From an uncultured archaeon (GTDB taxonomy: Archaea; Asgardarchaeota; Lokiarchaeia; Sigyniarchaeales; SOKP01): a stretch of 64,000 nt of DNA. The notes under the pieces are model-generated. The model worked only from the letters and a program-made list of their open reading frames with translations. It made no database searches and was not told the DNA's origin. Below are positions 29,901-37,431 of this stretch, one piece after another; positions within the stretch are counted from its first letter, which is position 1, and every line of letters begins with the position of its first letter. Made by a program: the position numbers and the translations under genes. The DNA lies in NCBI GenBank assembly GCA_964435435.1, contig CAYSZJ010000004.1, positions 66-64,065 of the forward strand, given 5' to 3'.

Positions 29901-30018
29901 TTCCTCCAATTGAAGGTGTTTTTTCTACTAAATAAACTTTAAACCCTAATTCAGTTAAATCTAAAGAACTTTGTATCCCTGCTATTCCACCACCAATAAC
30001 TAACACTGATCCTTCCAT
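26938..30018 (-). CDS. hdrA: Long double-module HdrA-like flavoprotein, Cys form (orphan copy with no adjacent mvhD or hdrD-like gene)
   Basis: 1026 aa, colinear with 21670..24780 and 37388..40438. Most positions are identical over long stretches, e.g. 'MEGSVLVIGGGIAGIQ', 'RFIVASCTPRTHESLFQETCQEAGLNKYLFEMVNIRDQCSWVHM'. Confidence 0.9.
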   Translation of the reverse strand: MEGSVLVIGGGIAGIQSSLDLTELGFKVYLVEKTPSIGGRMAQLDKTFPTNDCSLCILAPKMVEVFRNPNIELMTYHEVQKVSGKPGNFVVSVLKKPRYIDETKCKGCGDCAVSCPKIEFPNIFDMNLGKRKSVYIPFPQAVPPIYLIDPELCLKLTKGVCGVCEKVCKAEAIDYEQKPQEIKLNVGAIVVATGYDVLGEELTSRWGYNYKNVVSALEYERMLSASGPFGGHILRPSDENEPEIIAFIQCAGSRDIREGIPYCSSVCCMYTAKEAIITKEHSENSKCFVFRHDVRAYGKNFYEFTQRAQEEYGVKYFQTKISRIIEDPEMNDLVIHYEDLKTGEFKDFNANLVVLATPLVPSAGTKELAKVLDIELDDYNFFKEKSYFTKSLSSKEGIFLAGFCQGPMDIPETVADASGVASQIATLLNSFKFTEINERDIEVPEKEVKETGIPRIGVLICHCGINIGKYIDIPQVIEHIKGLPNVVFCEDNLYSCSSDSQERIKEVIKEYNLNRFIVASCTPRTHESLFQETCQEAGLNKYLFEMVNIRDQCSWVHMTEKELATEKAIDLIRMGVAKSRLLKPQEEMKLKITQTALVIGGGISGMTAALNIANQGFNVYLIEKEKYLGGNLRFLNMLYPTQEDASILLNETIEKVDQNKNIHIFLNSNLKDVKGYIGNYNVSLIDSDNKIHELKIGTIIVATGGQELKPNEFFEYRYTNHNVITQLQLEQKLKDEDKSWLDKLNHITTLLCVNARQEKGITYCSNICCESAIKNINILKELKHDLKLIVLYRDLQMAKKEFESYYRERRKDAIFLRYDLDAPPTIKESNSGTSKFEIKVFDTNLQDNIKFETDLIVLSTPMIPADNLDELAKMLKVPLDKNGFFLEAHVKLRPLDFATDGIFLCGCAQWPKNIQDSISQANGAAGRASRFLSAKEIITSGLIAEVDSDLCIGCGTCEEACSYNAIELIQVMKEFEEVSLPIKKSSVNSGLCKGCGTCAVNCPVGAISIKHYDFEQINAMIKTLAI

Positions 30019-30585
30019 TATTTAACACTTTTAAATTTTTTTGATAAGGATTTGCTTTCCACATCTTTTTTTCCGTTGAATAAAAATAAAAGAAATATAA
30101 TTATATAAATATTTTTATGAAAAATGATCGAGATCCAACATTTTCTGCTTTGGGGATGATCGAGTCCAAAAATCTATCACTTTGTTTTTTCATAATTAGT
30201 CATATTTTAAATCTTTTTTTGGTTTTTCTGGACATTTTGTTCGTTTATGTTAGTGATTTCTGGGTATGAGATCTAAATTAGTAACTTTTTTTGCGAGAGT
30301 GATGAATTTCAGTGAATTTGATTTTGTTTTTTGCCTTTTATCTGCATTATGTCTGTTGATAATAATTAGAAATGGAATAATGATCTATATCCAACATAAT
30401 GTTCATCAAAACTAGTGAAACTGATCAAAAATCATGTATTCCATGTAAATAATGGAAAAGGCATTTACATTTCAGTTAAAGAATTAGATGTGAAATATTG
30501 TTAAATTTTGTAAATAAGAAGAAAGAAAGGATTAATTCTCTAATTAATAATAAATTTAAAGATATTGATCTGTTAAAAGGAAATT

Positions 30586-30726
30586 TTAAGTTAGTCTTAA
30601 TAGACCTAATTCTTTAATTTGGTTTGTAAATTCTGATATAACTTCAGCAAATCTCTTCCCTTCAGAGGTACTTACCCATTCAAGTTTAAACCACTTTTCA
30701 AGATTATCCGGGTTTAACAAAATCAT
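30586..30726 (-). pseudogene. 3'-terminal remnant of an mvhD gene
   Basis: Translates as 'MILLNPDNLEKWFKLEWVSTSEGKRFAEVISEFTNQIKELGLLRLT*'. The intact MvhD C-terminus is 'RVRLEWVSASEGKRFAEVITEFTNQIKELGPFKP'. Nucleotide similarity to 21236..21330 is visible by eye. The whole Cys-containing N-terminal part is missing. Confidence 0.7.
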
Positions 30727-30793
30727 TGAAAAATAACCCCTAAAGGGAAAATTTGATATCTAATAATTATCTGATTTATTTCAAAGAAATTTT

Positions 30794-30823
30794 CATTGAA
30801 ATCAGACTCTGAATTTACCTTTC
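30794..30823. repeat. Direct repeat copy 1 (cattgaaatcagactctgaatttacctttc)
   Basis: 30/30 identical to 31745..31774. Extends to about 37 nt with one mismatch. Confidence 0.9.
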
Positions 30824-30951
30824 TGGAAAAACACAAACAGTATGAATTAGTCTAGAAATGTAAAAATAAAAAGTATATATTCCGGCACCACCCATTCTGT
30901 TTCGGTCGTTTTATTTTTAAGATATCCATTCTTAATTATATATTCAAGATT

Positions 30952-31572
30952 ATGAAGAGAATAGTCTTATTTTCAACACCCGATAATAACGACAATTTTC
31001 ATGAAATTTTGAATTTGATATTCCCTTCTGATATCAAAGACAAGCGTCCACTTTTCATGCCTTCACAAGACATACCAAATACCCCGCATAAATTTCTTGA
31101 TGATTGGAAGGGCTTTGCAAGGGGACACCACCTTAAAATTGACTTTATTGATAATTCTAAGATAGATGCAACGAGTGAAATAGAAAAACTCATGAAATCC
31201 AACATTTTAGTCATATCTGGGGGTGATCCTTTTCAATTATTAATCAATCTACGTAAATCGGGATTGGATAATGTAATTACACAATTCACAAAAAAGAAAG
31301 AATTCATCCTCGCAGGTTATAGTGCAGGAGCTTATATATTAACTCCAATATTAGACACCGCCAAAATTCTTAATGAGAATTATCCTGGTGGTAAGAAATG
31401 TAAGACTCAAGATAAACTTAAAGACTTCACGGGATTAGGTATTGTGGATTTTGAAATTATTGCACATTACTCTGAGACGCAACATAGAGAAATTTTCAAG
31501 AATTACATTGAAAATAATATAAGAAGTGTAAAAAATATTGCGGATGATGAGTTTTTAGTTATTGATTTTTGA
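30952..31572 (+). CDS. Peptidase S51 (peptidase E / type-1 glutamine-amidotransferase-like) family protein
   Basis: 206 aa. 'ILVISGGDPFQLLINL' and 'ILAGYSAGAYILTP' (nucleophile Ser context) are typical of peptidase E-like proteins. Confidence 0.7.
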   Translation: MKRIVLFSTPDNNDNFHEILNLIFPSDIKDKRPLFMPSQDIPNTPHKFLDDWKGFARGHHLKIDFIDNSKIDATSEIEKLMKSNILVISGGDPFQLLINLRKSGLDNVITQFTKKKEFILAGYSAGAYILTPILDTAKILNENYPGGKKCKTQDKLKDFTGLGIVDFEIIAHYSETQHREIFKNYIENNIRSVKNIADDEFLVIDF

Positions 31573-31744
31573 AGTATGAAAGAAGTATTAATTCAAGACA
31601 GTTTAAATTATTCTACTTTTTCCTAATGCGTCTAATTATCATTATGGTTGCAATGGACTTTTCTTATAAAAGTTTGCTCAATTCTTTGTAGCTTATTGTT
31701 AAGTCAAATGGTCTTTTCTTTTACGGAGTTTTTCCCTAAATTTC

Positions 31745-31774
31745 CATTGAAATCAGACTCTGAATTTACCTTTC
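31745..31774. repeat. Direct repeat copy 2 (cattgaaatcagactctgaatttacctttc)
   Basis: Identical to 30794..30823. Abuts the truncation point of the ABC ATPase remnant. Confidence 0.9.
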
Positions 31775-31775
31775 C

Positions 31776-31937
31776 ATCCTAATTTTCATTAAAGATCATG
31801 GTAAAATTATTGAAGAAGGAACTCATAATAATTTGTTATCACAAGGTGGTGAATATGCCACTCTCTACAACACTTATTTTAAACATCAAGAAATAAAAAT
31901 TTTTGAAGATCGTTTGGGTAAAGAACGAGTCGCATAG
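31776..31937 (+). pseudogene. 3'-terminal remnant of an ABC exporter ATP-binding protein gene
   Basis: Reads 'ILIFIKDHGKIIEEGTHNNLLSQGGEYATLYNTYFKHQ...*' (stop 31935..31937). This matches the usual ABC ATPase C-terminal pattern (..V.D.GKI.E.GTH.EL....G.Y..L...Q). There is no start codon and no Walker A, Walker B or signature motif upstream. Confidence 0.55.
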
Positions 31938-32105
31938 GATCGTATGAATTAAAAAATTAAAGATTTTTCCTCACTGGATGAATTAATAAGTGCCCCAACT
32001 TGGTAGGATTATTTTGATTATAGATGTAAACAGAATAAACAATTTTTAAAAGTTAAAGAATCATTCATTTGATGTATCCTTAAATCATTTAATAACATAA
32101 AATTT

Positions 32106-32858
32106 GTGATAAATTTAATGTCAGTAAAGGTTCTAAAAGATTATTATATCAAGAGAAAACCAAGATTGATGAAAGATTTCTCTAAAGACCTTGAACTTGC
32201 ACGGGATATACTTAAAAGAAAGTTTGAGGACGCTAAGGTCGACGAATTGTTTGCCCAAATGAAATCAGAATATGAAAAGATAATTCCTGAAATACCTTAT
32301 ATCGGTAGAAATAAAAATTATTTTAATACTATCCTAGTTGGTTGTATGTCCAGTCTCTCAATATTCCGAATCCTCGAAAAGGAAGGATTTACGCTTCGAG
32401 ATATCGGGGAATTTTATTATGAGCTCTGTGATATTAATAATACAATCTTTAAAAATGGTTTGGAAAAAAGTGGTAAAGATCCTGCTCACTATCCATTCGA
32501 ATTAGCCTACGTTGAGTTTAGGAAAAAACTCTGTGAAACATTAAATCAAAAAAACTATCCAGATGATTGGGTTGGGGACTTTGTTGAAGGTGATGGGAAA
32601 ACTTTTGAGTGGGGCTTTAATTTTTATGAGTGCGGAATTCATAAAGTCTTTAAGAGATTAGATGCTGAGAAGTATGTACCTTTTTTTTGTTTAGCTGACT
32701 TCTCTGCAGCAAACATTTTAGGATATGGATTCTCCCGCACCCAGACTCTAGGATTCGGAGCTCCAATGTGCGATCATAGGTATGTGAAAAACTATAATAC
32801 TCCCAAAGGATGGCCCCCAGATGACCTACCAGAATATAACAAAAGAGCAATACCATAA
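32106..32858 (+). CDS. L-2-amino-thiazoline-4-carboxylic acid hydrolase (ATC hydrolase)-like family protein
   Basis: 250 aa. C-terminal 'FFCLADFSAANILGYGFSRTQTLGFGAPMCDHRY' resembles the conserved Cys-containing C-terminus of this family. Assignment from memory. Confidence 0.5.
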   Translation: MINLMSVKVLKDYYIKRKPRLMKDFSKDLELARDILKRKFEDAKVDELFAQMKSEYEKIIPEIPYIGRNKNYFNTILVGCMSSLSIFRILEKEGFTLRDIGEFYYELCDINNTIFKNGLEKSGKDPAHYPFELAYVEFRKKLCETLNQKNYPDDWVGDFVEGDGKTFEWGFNFYECGIHKVFKRLDAEKYVPFFCLADFSAANILGYGFSRTQTLGFGAPMCDHRYVKNYNTPKGWPPDDLPEYNKRAIP

Positions 32859-33118
32859 AAAGACATACGGCTCGAACCGAATATACTTTAATAAAACAAG
32901 TATATAAAGATTAATCACGAAATTGTATATATTGATACTTTTAATTGTTTAATGGATAAAAAGAAATGACAGAGATAAATCAAATAATGAATAATATTAA
33001 GGAATCTTTTGAAAATATGCATAAAAATCCAAGGCAGTTAAAAAAAAGATCTATATAATTATTTTACTTTTATAGTTTCTTATCTCTTTTCTTCTTCTAG
33101 ATTTTTAAAAAAAAAATT

Positions 33119-33550
33119 TTAAGTTGCTTGTAATGGTCCTAATTTTTTAATTTTATTAGTAAATTCAGTTATTACTTCAGCAAATCGTTTTCCTTCAGAT
33201 GCACTTACCCATTCAAGTCTAAATCTTTTATCAAGATTAAACATTTTCAGAACTTCTTGAAAACGTTCAAATCTATCTCTCGCAAATTCATTTCCCTTTA
33301 AGTAGTGACAGTCACCAATATGACATCCTGTTACAATGACTCCATCAATGCCATCTTTAAATGCCTCTAAAATAAAAGCGGGGTCTACTCTACCAGAGCA
33401 CATCACCCTCACTATCCTAATAGTAGAGGGATATTGAAATCGTGAGACCCCAGCTAAATCTGCACCAGCATAACTACACCAATTACAACAAAAACACAAT
33501 ATATTTGGGTGAAAATCCTTTTTGCTTACTTTATTTTTTGACTTAGACAT
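33119..33550 (-). CDS. mvhD: MvhD-type [2Fe-2S] subunit, Cys form
   Basis: 143 aa. 'FCCNWCSYAGADLAGVSRFQYP', 'VMCSGRVDP', 'TGCHIGDCHY'. Starts 18 nt downstream of hdrA. Confidence 0.9.
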   Translation of the reverse strand: MSKSKNKVSKKDFHPNILCFCCNWCSYAGADLAGVSRFQYPSTIRIVRVMCSGRVDPAFILEAFKDGIDGVIVTGCHIGDCHYLKGNEFARDRFERFQEVLKMFNLDKRFRLEWVSASEGKRFAEVITEFTNKIKKLGPLQAT

Positions 33551-33568
33551 ATGTCAATACCTAATAAT

Positions 33569-36500
33569 TTAACTTTGGACTAATAGGGCAGAAATCATAG
33601 CGTTGATTTGCTCAAAACCAAAATGTTTAATAACTATTGTTGAATTAGGGCATTGCGCACCGCATGTGCCACAACCTTTACAAAGCGCAGGATTTACATG
33701 AGATTTTTTAATAGTAAATGTGATATCTTCAAACACTCGTTCTTCCTCTATTAATTCGATAGCATTAAATTGGCAGACTTCGATACAGCTTCCACAGCCA
33801 ATGCAATTTTCTTCTATTACAACAGCCACAAGCCCAGATGTTACAAGTTTTTCAGCGCTTAAAATTTTAACTGCTTGAGCAGCAGCTCCATTGGATTGTG
33901 CAATTGATTCTCGAAGATCTTTTGGTGAATGTGCACACCCACATAAATATATACCATCTGTTGCAAAATCAATTGGTCTCAATTTAACATGAGCTTCCAA
34001 AAAGAATTTGTCTTCATTAAGTGGAACTTTTAACATTTTTGCTAATTCTTCATTTTCTTTTATGGGTGCTACGAGACCGGTACTTAATACGATTAAATCA
34101 GGATTTATTTCAAGTTTTCCTAAATCTGGATTGTTTACTATTATTTTTAACTCTTTATTTTTAATTTTTAATTCTGGAGGTTTAGCTTCATCAAATCTAA
34201 CGAAGATAACCTTTTTATCTCGTGCTAAGTTATAATATTTTTCTTTAAAACCATACGTTCTAATATCACGATATAGAATCACTATTTCTATATTTGGATT
34301 TATTTCTTTTGCTTTTAACGCATTTTTAATAGCTTCTGAACAGCAGATTCTGCTACAATATGGGTGGTCTTCATTTCTGGATCCAATGCATTGAATCATA
34401 ACTATTGATTTCAATCCTTTTACTTTATCTGTAGTAAAAAGATCTTTTTCAAATTCAGTTTGGGTTATAATTCTTTGATCTTTCCCAAAATTATATTCCT
34501 TTGGTTGATATTCTTTTGCTCCTGTTGCTACAATTATTATTCCATGATCAAGATCAACACTTTTGTTATTATTTCCGTAGCTTACATTTGTGGAAAAATT
34601 TCCAATATATCCTGAAATTGAATTGATTTGAGCATTTTTAAATACTTGGATAAGTTGATTATCTTCAACACTTTTAATTAAATTTTTAAGATATTCCTGA
34701 ATATCATCATTTTCAAGGGTTCGATAAATATTTTTAGCAAATCCACCTAGAGAATCTTCCTTTTCAATTAAGAATACTTCAAAACCTTGAGAAGCTAGAT
34801 TTAATGCTGCTGACATTCCAGATACTCCCCCACCTATTATTAGACCTTTATTTATTACATTGATTTCTTGTTCCTGTAAGGGGATTAATTGTCTAGCCTT
34901 TGCTACTGACATTCTCAATAGATCTTTTGCTTTTGTTGTTGCATTTTCAGCTTCGTGCATATGAACCCATGAGCATTGATCTCGAATATTAACCATTTCA
35001 AAAAGGTATTTATTTAGACCAACTTCTCTTATGGTCGCTTGAAATAAAGGTTCATGAGTTCTTGGAGTGCAAGAGGCAACTATAACTCTATTAAGTTGAT
35101 TTTGTCTTATTTTTTCTTTAATATTAGTTTGAGTGTCAGCAGAACAAGTATATAGATTATGTTCCGCATAAACTACATCGGGTAAAGTCTTAACATATTC
35201 CACAACTTCAGGAACATTAACTACACCCCCGATATTTATCCCACAAAGACATATAAATACACCTATTCGTGGTGGTTGATCGCTTACATCTAATTCTTCA
35301 GGAAGTTCTTTTTTCGAGATTAATTTATTTCTTGCTTCTGACAGGAGAACATTCACGCGTCCTGCAGCTGCACTTGCTTCGATAACAGTTTCTGGAATAT
35401 CTTTAGGTGCTGCAAATGCTCCACAAACATAAATTCCAGGGTTTGAAGTCTCTACGGGAGTGAAAGTATCAGTTTTGCAAAAACCATATTCATTTAACTC
35501 GATATTTAATTTCTGTGCTAATTCTTTTGCTCTTTGATTAGGTTGCATTCCTACCGAAAGAACAATAAGGTTAAAAATTTCTTCAACAATTCTTCCATTT
35601 TCTGTCTCATAATAAACTTTCAAATCTTTAGAATCCGGGATCTCTTTAATAGAAGATATTCTACGTCTAATATATCTTACTCCATACTCTTTTCTTGCTC
35701 GTTCAATATATTTGTCAAAATTTTTACCGTATGCTCGGATATCCATCGTAAAAATGGTTGGTTCTACAATATCCATGTGTTCTTTAGCAATAACCGCTTC
35801 TTTTGTAGTATACATACAACAAACAGAAGAACAATAATCAATACCATGCTTTCTATCTCTTGAACCAATACATTGTAAAAATGCTATTTTTTTAGGAATA
35901 ATTCCATCAGAAGGGCGAAGTATTAAACCTGCGTGTGGGCCACTAGCGCTTAATATCCGTTCAAATTCAGTACTAGTGATTACATTTAAATATTTACCAT
36001 AACCAAGTTGAGTTAAAGGAGTTGGATCATACTCATCAAATCCAGTTGCCAGTATTACCGCTCCTACATTAAGCTGAACATTTTCATCTTGAAGTTCATA
36101 ATTTATTGCTTCGGCTTTACATATTCCTTCACAAACTCCACAACCTACACATTTGTCTTTATTAATTGAAAAAACTAAAGGAACAGCCTGAGGAAATTTC
36201 ACTGAGATTGCTGTTTTGTTTGAGAGCCCTTTATTAAAAGTGTCGATTGCTTCTATAGGGCATTTTTGAGCACATAATCCACAGCCTGTACATTTATTTT
36301 GATCCAAATAAAGTGTCTTTTGAGTTAAATCAACTATAAAATTTCCAGGTTCTCCTTCAATTTTTTCTATATTTGAGTTTATTAAAATATCGATATTTTC
36401 ATGACGACCAGTTTGTACTAATTTCGGAGCAAGAATGCATATAGCACAATCATTAGTTGGAAAAGTTTTGTCTAATTGAGACATTACTCCTCCTATACTT

Positions 36501-36610
36501 GTTGTGGATTCAGCTAGATAAACCTTATATCCTGAATCTGCTAAATCTATGGATGATTGAATACCAGCAATTCCGCCACCAATGACTAAAACAGCACCGA
36601 CTTTTTCCAT
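33569..36610 (-). CDS. hdrA: Long double-module HdrA-like flavoprotein, Cys form (most divergent long copy)
   Basis: 1013 aa with the same architecture as the other long copies: 'VIGGGIAGIQ', 'FPTNDCAICILAPK', 'CTGCGLCAQKCP', 'VFICLCGINIG', 'ASCTPRTHE', 'VNIRDQCSW', 'CIGCGSCIEVC', 'CKGCGTCGAQCP'. Confidence 0.9.
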   Translation of the reverse strand: MEKVGAVLVIGGGIAGIQSSIDLADSGYKVYLAESTTSIGGVMSQLDKTFPTNDCAICILAPKLVQTGRHENIDILINSNIEKIEGEPGNFIVDLTQKTLYLDQNKCTGCGLCAQKCPIEAIDTFNKGLSNKTAISVKFPQAVPLVFSINKDKCVGCGVCEGICKAEAINYELQDENVQLNVGAVILATGFDEYDPTPLTQLGYGKYLNVITSTEFERILSASGPHAGLILRPSDGIIPKKIAFLQCIGSRDRKHGIDYCSSVCCMYTTKEAVIAKEHMDIVEPTIFTMDIRAYGKNFDKYIERARKEYGVRYIRRRISSIKEIPDSKDLKVYYETENGRIVEEIFNLIVLSVGMQPNQRAKELAQKLNIELNEYGFCKTDTFTPVETSNPGIYVCGAFAAPKDIPETVIEASAAAGRVNVLLSEARNKLISKKELPEELDVSDQPPRIGVFICLCGINIGGVVNVPEVVEYVKTLPDVVYAEHNLYTCSADTQTNIKEKIRQNQLNRVIVASCTPRTHEPLFQATIREVGLNKYLFEMVNIRDQCSWVHMHEAENATTKAKDLLRMSVAKARQLIPLQEQEINVINKGLIIGGGVSGMSAALNLASQGFEVFLIEKEDSLGGFAKNIYRTLENDDIQEYLKNLIKSVEDNQLIQVFKNAQINSISGYIGNFSTNVSYGNNNKSVDLDHGIIIVATGAKEYQPKEYNFGKDQRIITQTEFEKDLFTTDKVKGLKSIVMIQCIGSRNEDHPYCSRICCSEAIKNALKAKEINPNIEIVILYRDIRTYGFKEKYYNLARDKKVIFVRFDEAKPPELKIKNKELKIIVNNPDLGKLEINPDLIVLSTGLVAPIKENEELAKMLKVPLNEDKFFLEAHVKLRPIDFATDGIYLCGCAHSPKDLRESIAQSNGAAAQAVKILSAEKLVTSGLVAVVIEENCIGCGSCIEVCQFNAIELIEEERVFEDITFTIKKSHVNPALCKGCGTCGAQCPNSTIVIKHFGFEQINAMISALLVQS

Positions 36611-37431
36611 TATTTCGCCTCCTTAATTGATATGAATGTGGGGATTTCTTCATATATTTTATCAAGATCAACTAATCCTCTTTGCCTTAAAGTGACAATA
36701 TGATTTAGTACTTTATATGGCTCTACTTGAATTTCTTTAGATATTTCTGGTACTGATTTACCCTTATCTTTAATTTTTAGTAATATTTTATGACGGATAA
36801 ATTCTTTATGTAAAGCATCATCAAGAATTTCTTCAAATTCTTCTTTTTGTATTTTCTCATTATAGACATTACCTTCTGTAGTAATTTGTCTTTCTCTGCT
36901 GACTAAGGTCCTAAGTCTAGAATCAGATAATACAGATTTAATCACATCAAAATCTTCAGATAATTGTTTTCTCAATTTCTTATTTTTTATTGGAGAGGGA
37001 CCTAGATTGATTATATGTTCATTAAATTCATTTACAATCTTGGCAAACCTATTACCCTCGGAAGCCGAGACCCAGTCTAGGCGAAAACGCTCAGAATACC
37101 CAACATAGTCTAGTAATTTACTAAGCATGTTCATTTTCATCTCTGCTTCATAATTGCCGGTCATATAATGACAATCTCCTGGGTGACAACCTAAAACGAG
37201 CACCCCATCAATATTTTTTAAAAAAGCTTCAGCTACAAAAAGAGGATCAACTCTCCCACTGCACATTACTCTTATAATTCTAATATTAGGAGAATATTGA
37301 ATTCTACTTACACCAGCAAGATCAGCTCCAGCATAAGAACACCAATTACATAAAAATCCTAAAATTTTTGGTTTAAATGCCAACTGTTTATTCTCCTCCA
37401 TAGGCAATAATTTCTGATAGAATTTGTTCAT
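36610..37431 (-). CDS. MvhD domain fused to a C-terminal winged-helix (wHTH) domain
   Basis: 273 aa. N-terminal 'FLCNWCSYAGADLAG', 'VMCSGRVDP' and 'LGCHPGDCHY' mark the MvhD domain. C-terminal 'IRHKILLKIKDKGKSVPEISKEIQVEPYKVLNHIVTLRQRGLVDL' is wHTH-like. The start may be the internal ATG at 37401. Its stop overlaps the next hdrA ATG (TAATG). Confidence 0.8.
   Translation of the reverse strand: MNKFYQKLLPMEENKQLAFKPKILGFLCNWCSYAGADLAGVSRIQYSPNIRIIRVMCSGRVDPLFVAEAFLKNIDGVLVLGCHPGDCHYMTGNYEAEMKMNMLSKLLDYVGYSERFRLDWVSASEGNRFAKIVNEFNEHIINLGPSPIKNKKLRKQLSEDFDVIKSVLSDSRLRTLVSRERQITTEGNVYNEKIQKEEFEEILDDALHKEFIRHKILLKIKDKGKSVPEISKEIQVEPYKVLNHIVTLRQRGLVDLDKIYEEIPTFISIKEAK

Noticed and set aside
30124-30164. 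Direct repeat atgatcgag (30124..30132 and 30156..30164), each followed by (a)tccaa, upstream of the orphan hdrA, as a regulator binding site.
   Set aside because: It is only 9 nt with a single pair. No similar motif was seen upstream of the other hdr units. It cannot be told apart from chance or from leftover coding sequence of the destroyed upstream gene.
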